NCBI RefSeq assembly: GCF_000372725.1
Contig: NW_005201412.1
Location: 1 to 64,000 of the forward strand
DNA: 64,000 nucleotides
From: Emiliania huxleyi CCMP1516
Lineage: Eukaryota
Direction: 5' to 3'
Shown here piece after piece: positions 59,020 to 64,000 of the stretch. The notes beneath the pieces are model-generated. The model was not told the origin of the DNA and did not search any database. It was given only the letters and a program-made list of their open reading frames with translations. Positions within the stretch are counted from its first letter, which is position 1. Every line of letters starts with the position of its first letter. Both the position numbers and the translations under genes were made by a program.

Positions 59020-60114
59020 NNNNNNNNNNNNNNNNNNNNNNNNNNNNNNNNNNNNNNNNNNNNNNNNNNNNNNNNNNNNNNNNNNNNNNNNNNNNNNNNN
59101 NNNNNNNNNNNNNNNNNNNCCCCAGTTCCCGACAGGGGTAAGCAAAGCTTGTCCACCCTTTCCCTTTTTCTGTATTCTGACTGCCCGGCGGGCACCCCCA
59201 CGCATGCATTTGGGTGCTTGGTTCAGCGGCTTGAGCCGAGAGGTGCCCCTCCCTTAACAGCTTTCACCCCGCGGGGGGGGGGGGGGGGGCACCCCTGGTC
59301 CGGCCCTCGCCGCCCAGACACACGCGCGGGACGCGCCCCGGCAGCAGCTCCTGCCTCCTCTCCGCTCTCGCGCCACCCCGCGCGCGGGGGCGTGACGTCT
59401 GTAGCGAGGCGACGGTGGGACGGTGTCCGACCCGTTCTGGGGTTTTCATATAATGCGGCTCTACTCGTATCGACCAATAAAATACCGGGGGAGGCCTGCG
59501 CAGCCTCTAACTATACCTCCGATGACTTTGCGCTGGTCTGTGAGAGGTTGAGGTGCGAGCCCTGGAGGCCCTGGGGATGGGGTGAGACTACCCGCGGGCC
59601 TAGAAAAATAAAATATTCTTACCTTCAAGCCCCCCTCCGAGACTAGGGACAGAACCCACCCGTACACAGGAGAGATGGGACTGCGCCTCGCCCCCACTTG
59701 CCCTGACTGCACAGGATTGCGTGCCCCGAAGACGGCGACACATAGCGGGGGACACTGCGCAAGGAGGGGGTGCGAAGCCAAGGTTGGGGTTCTAGGTGGT
59801 GGGACCATGAGGGGGGGTGGGCGGGGTCCTGTGGGGGTGAAATGTTGCGCGGCGAATTCGAACCTACCCCCTCGCCGCGCCGATCCTCACGCGGAGGGTA
59901 AAACCCTGTGGGACAAAACCCCTCCGCGGTCGGCTGTCTTCAGAGTGGACCCCCCCCTCCCCAGCCTCCCCTGTTCGTTTTTCGCACCCCCCCCCCGCTC
60001 CCCATCGGTGACTCGCGAAGGACACGGACACTCGGGGTGGGGGGGGAGGGGTCCCCCAGAGAGGGGGCTTTGGGGCCTTGTTGAGTCAATCTCCCCCCCA
60101 GAGGGGCCTCGTTG

Positions 60115-60412
60115 GGTCGATCTCTGGCCGATCTCGTGTCAATCTCGTGTCGATCTCGGGTCGATCTCGGGTCGATCTCGGGTCGATCTCGGGTCAATCT
60201 CGGGTCAATCTCGGGTCGATCTCGGGTCGATCTCGGTTCGATCCCGGGTCCATCTCGGGTCGATCTCGGGTCACGTCGTGCGGCGTAATGAGGCGAGATG
60301 AGGTGAGATGAGGCGAGATGAGGCGAGATGAGGCGAGATGAGGCGAGATGAGGCGAGATGAGGCGAGGCGAGGCGAGATTAGACGAGATGGGGCGAGATT
60401 AGGCGAGATGGA
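60115..60412. repeat. Adjacent ~10-bp tandem repeats (gatctcgggtc)n and (gaggcgagat)n
   Basis: Visible directly in the sequence. Confidence 0.95.
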
Positions 60413-61374
60413 GCGGGATATCGCGAGGTGCAGCCAGCTCCTGCCTGGATGGAGTCAGGATAATGCCTGGGAAGATTCTGATTGGTGCCTGTGCGCGTGT
60501 GCGTGTTGGAATCGCGCGTGCGTCTGCGTGTGCTGCGCGCGCGCCGGCGTGTGCTGTGCGCTGTGCTCTGTTGTGCGCCTGTTTGTGCAGCTGGGAGGCG
60601 CAGCTTTGGCTGGCAGGGCTGCGCGGTGGGCTGCGGCGTGCTGCGGGTGGTCGCGCGCCTGCCTGATGGTGTACGGCGGCCGCGCAGCCCGCCCGACCGG
60701 GTCGTCGGCGGCCCAGGGCGCGAGCATGCGGTCGGCGCTGCATGTGAGGCTGCTGCGCGGCTGGCGCGTATGTTTCCGTGTGGTGAGGGACGCGCGTATG
60801 TGTTCACGCTGCGGGCGCGGGCGGGCGCGGGGGGCGGCGCGGTCTCACCGCGGTCCGACGTCGGTTGGTCTTCGGCGTGGCGAGGGCGGGCGCGCAAAGA
60901 GGCCTTGCCGCCATCGCGTTGCCGCGAAGGAAAAAGAATCCGGAAGGCTTTGTCTACCCGCGGGCCTAGAAGGCCCGCGCGCAGGGGGGTGGGACATTGA
61001 GACCGGTCATGAATGAGAGAGAGAGAATGAGTGCGCGACACGCATGTTGACAAACATACAATCTCTCTCTCGCATGTTGCGAGCAGGGTTGTTGATGTTT
61101 TGCGCGTCGCCACAGAGGGCGGCGCGCGAGAGCTGTTTGTTGCGAGTGGTGCTGGGCGAAGCCCCGGGCGCACGCTGCTGGAGGCTGTGCCGTAGTCGGT
61201 GCGGTCGACGGCGCTCGGGCTGCCGACCTCTTTGGCGAAGTTGAAGGAGCAGGCGCACACCGCCATGACCCCCCNNNNNNNNNNNNNNNNNNNNNNNNNN
61301 NNNNNNNNNNNNNNNNNNNNNNNNNNNNNNNNNNNNNNNNNNNNNNNNNNNNNNNNNNNNNNNNNNNNNNNNNN

Positions 61375-61550
61375 CCCCCCCCCCCCCCCCCCCTTCTAGC
61401 ATGTGGGAAGCCTTTAGGGGGATCGGGACCCCCCCCCCCCATAGGCCTAGCATGTGGTGAAGGTGCTGGGGGGGGGTCGGACCCCCCCCCTAGCATGTGG
61501 TGAAGGTGCTGCTGCTGGGGGGGGTCGGACCCCCCCCCCTAGCATGTGGT
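61375..61550. repeat. ~50-bp hairpin-containing tandem repeat (ctagcatgtgg...gggggtcggaccccc)
   Basis: Three to four copies next to the gap, directly before the recombinase ORF. Confidence 0.8.
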
Positions 61551-63223
61551 GTGGAGAGGCTGTCATCGAGTCGGTGAGCCGGAGGGAGGCGTCCCTCGAG
61601 ACGGTCCTGGGCGCCGGACGTGTCGAGACGGCGCTCAAGTGCCTCCAAGGGGGGTGCAGTACCACAGGCGACAAGTACATCTGTGGACGCTGCGGCTCCT
61701 ACGGGCTCCACCGCGAGTGCGCGGGCTTGTCGAAATACCAGGTCGAGCCGGGACAGCTCGTCTGTGCCGTGTGCAGGGCCGAAGCCATGACGCCGGACGG
61801 CCACTCACCCACCGACCTCGTCCTCCGACGCGCCGCTCGGACGATGCTCGCCGAGCTGGGCACCAAGGCGTCCTCCACGTCGAAGAACCACGCGGAGTTC
61901 ACCCGTCTCGAGGAGGTGTGGGCTACGAGTATGGGCGGCGGCGTCGTACTGCCCCGCTACCGTGTCGAGTCGATGCTCGAGTTCATCAACTGGCTCGCGA
62001 TGGACTCCGGCCGCGCTCGCTCGTTCGAGACGATCCTGAGGGCGGCGGGCGGAGTCATCGCCAAGACCACCGCCAACGGCATAATGTCCGACCCCCGGGT
62101 GAAGGCGCTCCGCGCGAGGATGATCAGCCTGATCGGCGAGCTCGCGCAGCCGTGCACGCACACCACGCGCAAGCTCGCTCGACTCGTTCTCGACGAGACG
62201 CTCAAGACGTGCTGCACCGGCGCCAAGGCGGAGGCAGTCTACTCGAGTCATCGCGTCATGTTCCTCCTTGAGGTGATGATGGGGTTGCGGCTCGGCGAGA
62301 CGACGGGCCGCCAGCACGGCGTCGCCGCCTGCGACGTGTGGATCGTCAACCCGCTCTCAGAGCGATGTGCCGAGATGGGGACGACTGTTGCCGCCCACCT
62401 CGAGTCCACGAAGACGGCCCAGGGGAAGGGCCGGTGGGCTCACTGTGTGGGCACGTCACTCACCTCTGAGTTCAGCCTCGAGTCTGCCGTGCGGGATCTG
62501 TGGCGTGTGCAGGGGCACTCGACCGAGACGGTCACGGTGGACGGCTTCAAGGTGGAGCGGCCGGACTACTCTGTCGTGCAGCTGCGTGTCGGGGCGAGCC
62601 TGCCAGACGGCGCTTTCGACACCTTCGTCGGGGCCCTCGGCCGGCTGCCGAGTGACCACCCGCTCCGGCCAGCGGCCAAATACCTTGGCCGCACAGCGAC
62701 TCAGAAGAGGAAGGCGGCGACCATCGAGGAGGGCGATCGGTACGTCAACCTCGTTGGGGGAGCCAAGGGTTCTGCCAGACTCCGCGCCGCCAGCGAGTGG
62801 TTGGCGGGACTGGGGCTCACCCAGTACGCCGCCGTCGTCAAAGGCCCGCTCATCCGGGCGACAGACGGCGGGCGCCTCACCGATACTCCGCTAGAGACTG
62901 GCTCGTCATATAGCCATTCTACGAAAGCGCTCAAGCTCGCGTACGAGCTCCTCCGCGAGCGCGACGAGGAGGACCTCGAGCTTGCGATTGAGGAGGACGA
63001 GGCGGGCAACCCAATTGTCAAGTTTGCCCACCATTCGAACCGACGGTTCTCGGACAAGGTGGCGCGGGACACGAGCGATGTCACGGGCGCTACCATCACA
63101 GACATCGACTGCATCTTCGGCTGGAACGAGCAGGAGCGAGAGAGGTCGATGCAGCAGCACTACGCCGGCCTCGATCTCGCCTCGCGCATCGAGCGGCTCG
63201 CGCGAGTGACTATGATGGTGTAG
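61550..63223 (+). mobile_element. PHD-finger plus tyrosine recombinase ORF (Crypton- or DIRS-like element); true start uncertain because of the gap and repeats
   Basis: PHD-like C..GGC...YICGRC..YGLHRECAGL...LVCAVC. YR catalytic residues GLRLGE (R), STKT (K), HHSNRR (HxxR), FGW (W) and QHYAG (Y). Intronless and intact to the stop. Confidence 0.8.
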
Positions 63224-64000
63224 TGGCTGAGGGGCTGGGGCAGAGCTCGAGATCATGTTCTACGATGGATGGCGATGGGGGTTGGTCCTGCAACGGTGTC
63301 TCGTGCGGAGCAGTGGTGTGCTGCCGCGCGAGGGTTGCAGGCGTGAGGGTCGAGGGTACCTTTTCCCCCCTTTGCTATTAACAATGCTTTGGAATCTATG
63401 AACATGACCTCGAGTGGAGCCCCAGTCCTCGACAGGCTCGCGCACCTGGTGTCCGCACTGCCGCATGGTGCGAGCCGCCACTCATGAGAAGGTCTCCGCT
63501 GCGCGATGCTTTTGCTGTCTGCGTCAATGCAGCATCCCATCGAGCGCGTCACTATATGACCTGACCCCTCTGATAACCGACGTCGCCAACGGCAAGCCTG
63601 CGTCCGTGTTGCATATGCTCTCCATTCATGTTCGCATTGCGGTGGATTGCCAATTCGAGCCACTTGAGCAATCATGCACAATCAATGCGCCGAAGAGCTG
63701 AGACGCAGATTCTTTGCACCGGGTCAGCAGGCAGGCAGTGCAAGGTCCAAGTGGTCGCGGCACTGGTCATTCGCGATGCGGTAGGCGATGCGATCAGCCG
63801 TCAGCAAGCGGCGGTGAAGCCTGGTCCATGGCCGGGCAGGCGCGCCGCAGGCGAAGCGCTCTCGCGGGGCCTTGCGTCGTCCCACCTCGAGCCCTCGCGG
63901 GCCCACGGTCGTACGTTTACCTCCCCTCACGTGGGCTCCGTTTACCTCTACCTCCGGCGGTCTGAGACAGGTTTACCTTTACCTGAGGCCCCACACGCCA

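Overview
Left end of a eukaryotic chromosome from a very GC-rich genome. The TTAGGG telomere, frequent GC-AG introns and 10-21 bp intronic tandem repeats suggest a haptophyte such as Emiliania/Gephyrocapsa huxleyi (inference, not verified). The window opens with about 3.9 kb of (CCCTAA)n, a 115-bp subtelomeric satellite, an orphan ZRANB3-type HNH fragment and a palindromic 21-bp minisatellite. A gene-dense region follows: YkoF-like thiamine/HMP-binding protein, a probable TLC(Lag1)-ELO elongase fusion, NBAS/Sec39, a SufE-MnmA fusion, coiled-coil and PDZ proteins, an RBM5/10-like factor, a DnaJ-Fer-type ferredoxin, a 2OG-Fe(II) oxygenase, a head-to-head pair of membrane (CrtYcd-type) lycopene cyclase paralogs, an ATP-grasp protein and a beta-trefoil-like protein. 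Intergenic DNA holds 5'-truncated retroelement remnants (one with RNase H and a 15-bp TSD), dispersed repeats with structured 3' ends, a foldback-like inverted repeat and a PHD-finger/tyrosine-recombinase ORF. The strongest novelty candidates are SufE-MnmA, TLC-ELO, PHD-YR, the cyclase pair, the signal-peptide YkoF and introns flanked by duplicated exon sequence. All protein calls come from motif recognition by eye, and exon boundaries are manual predictions.
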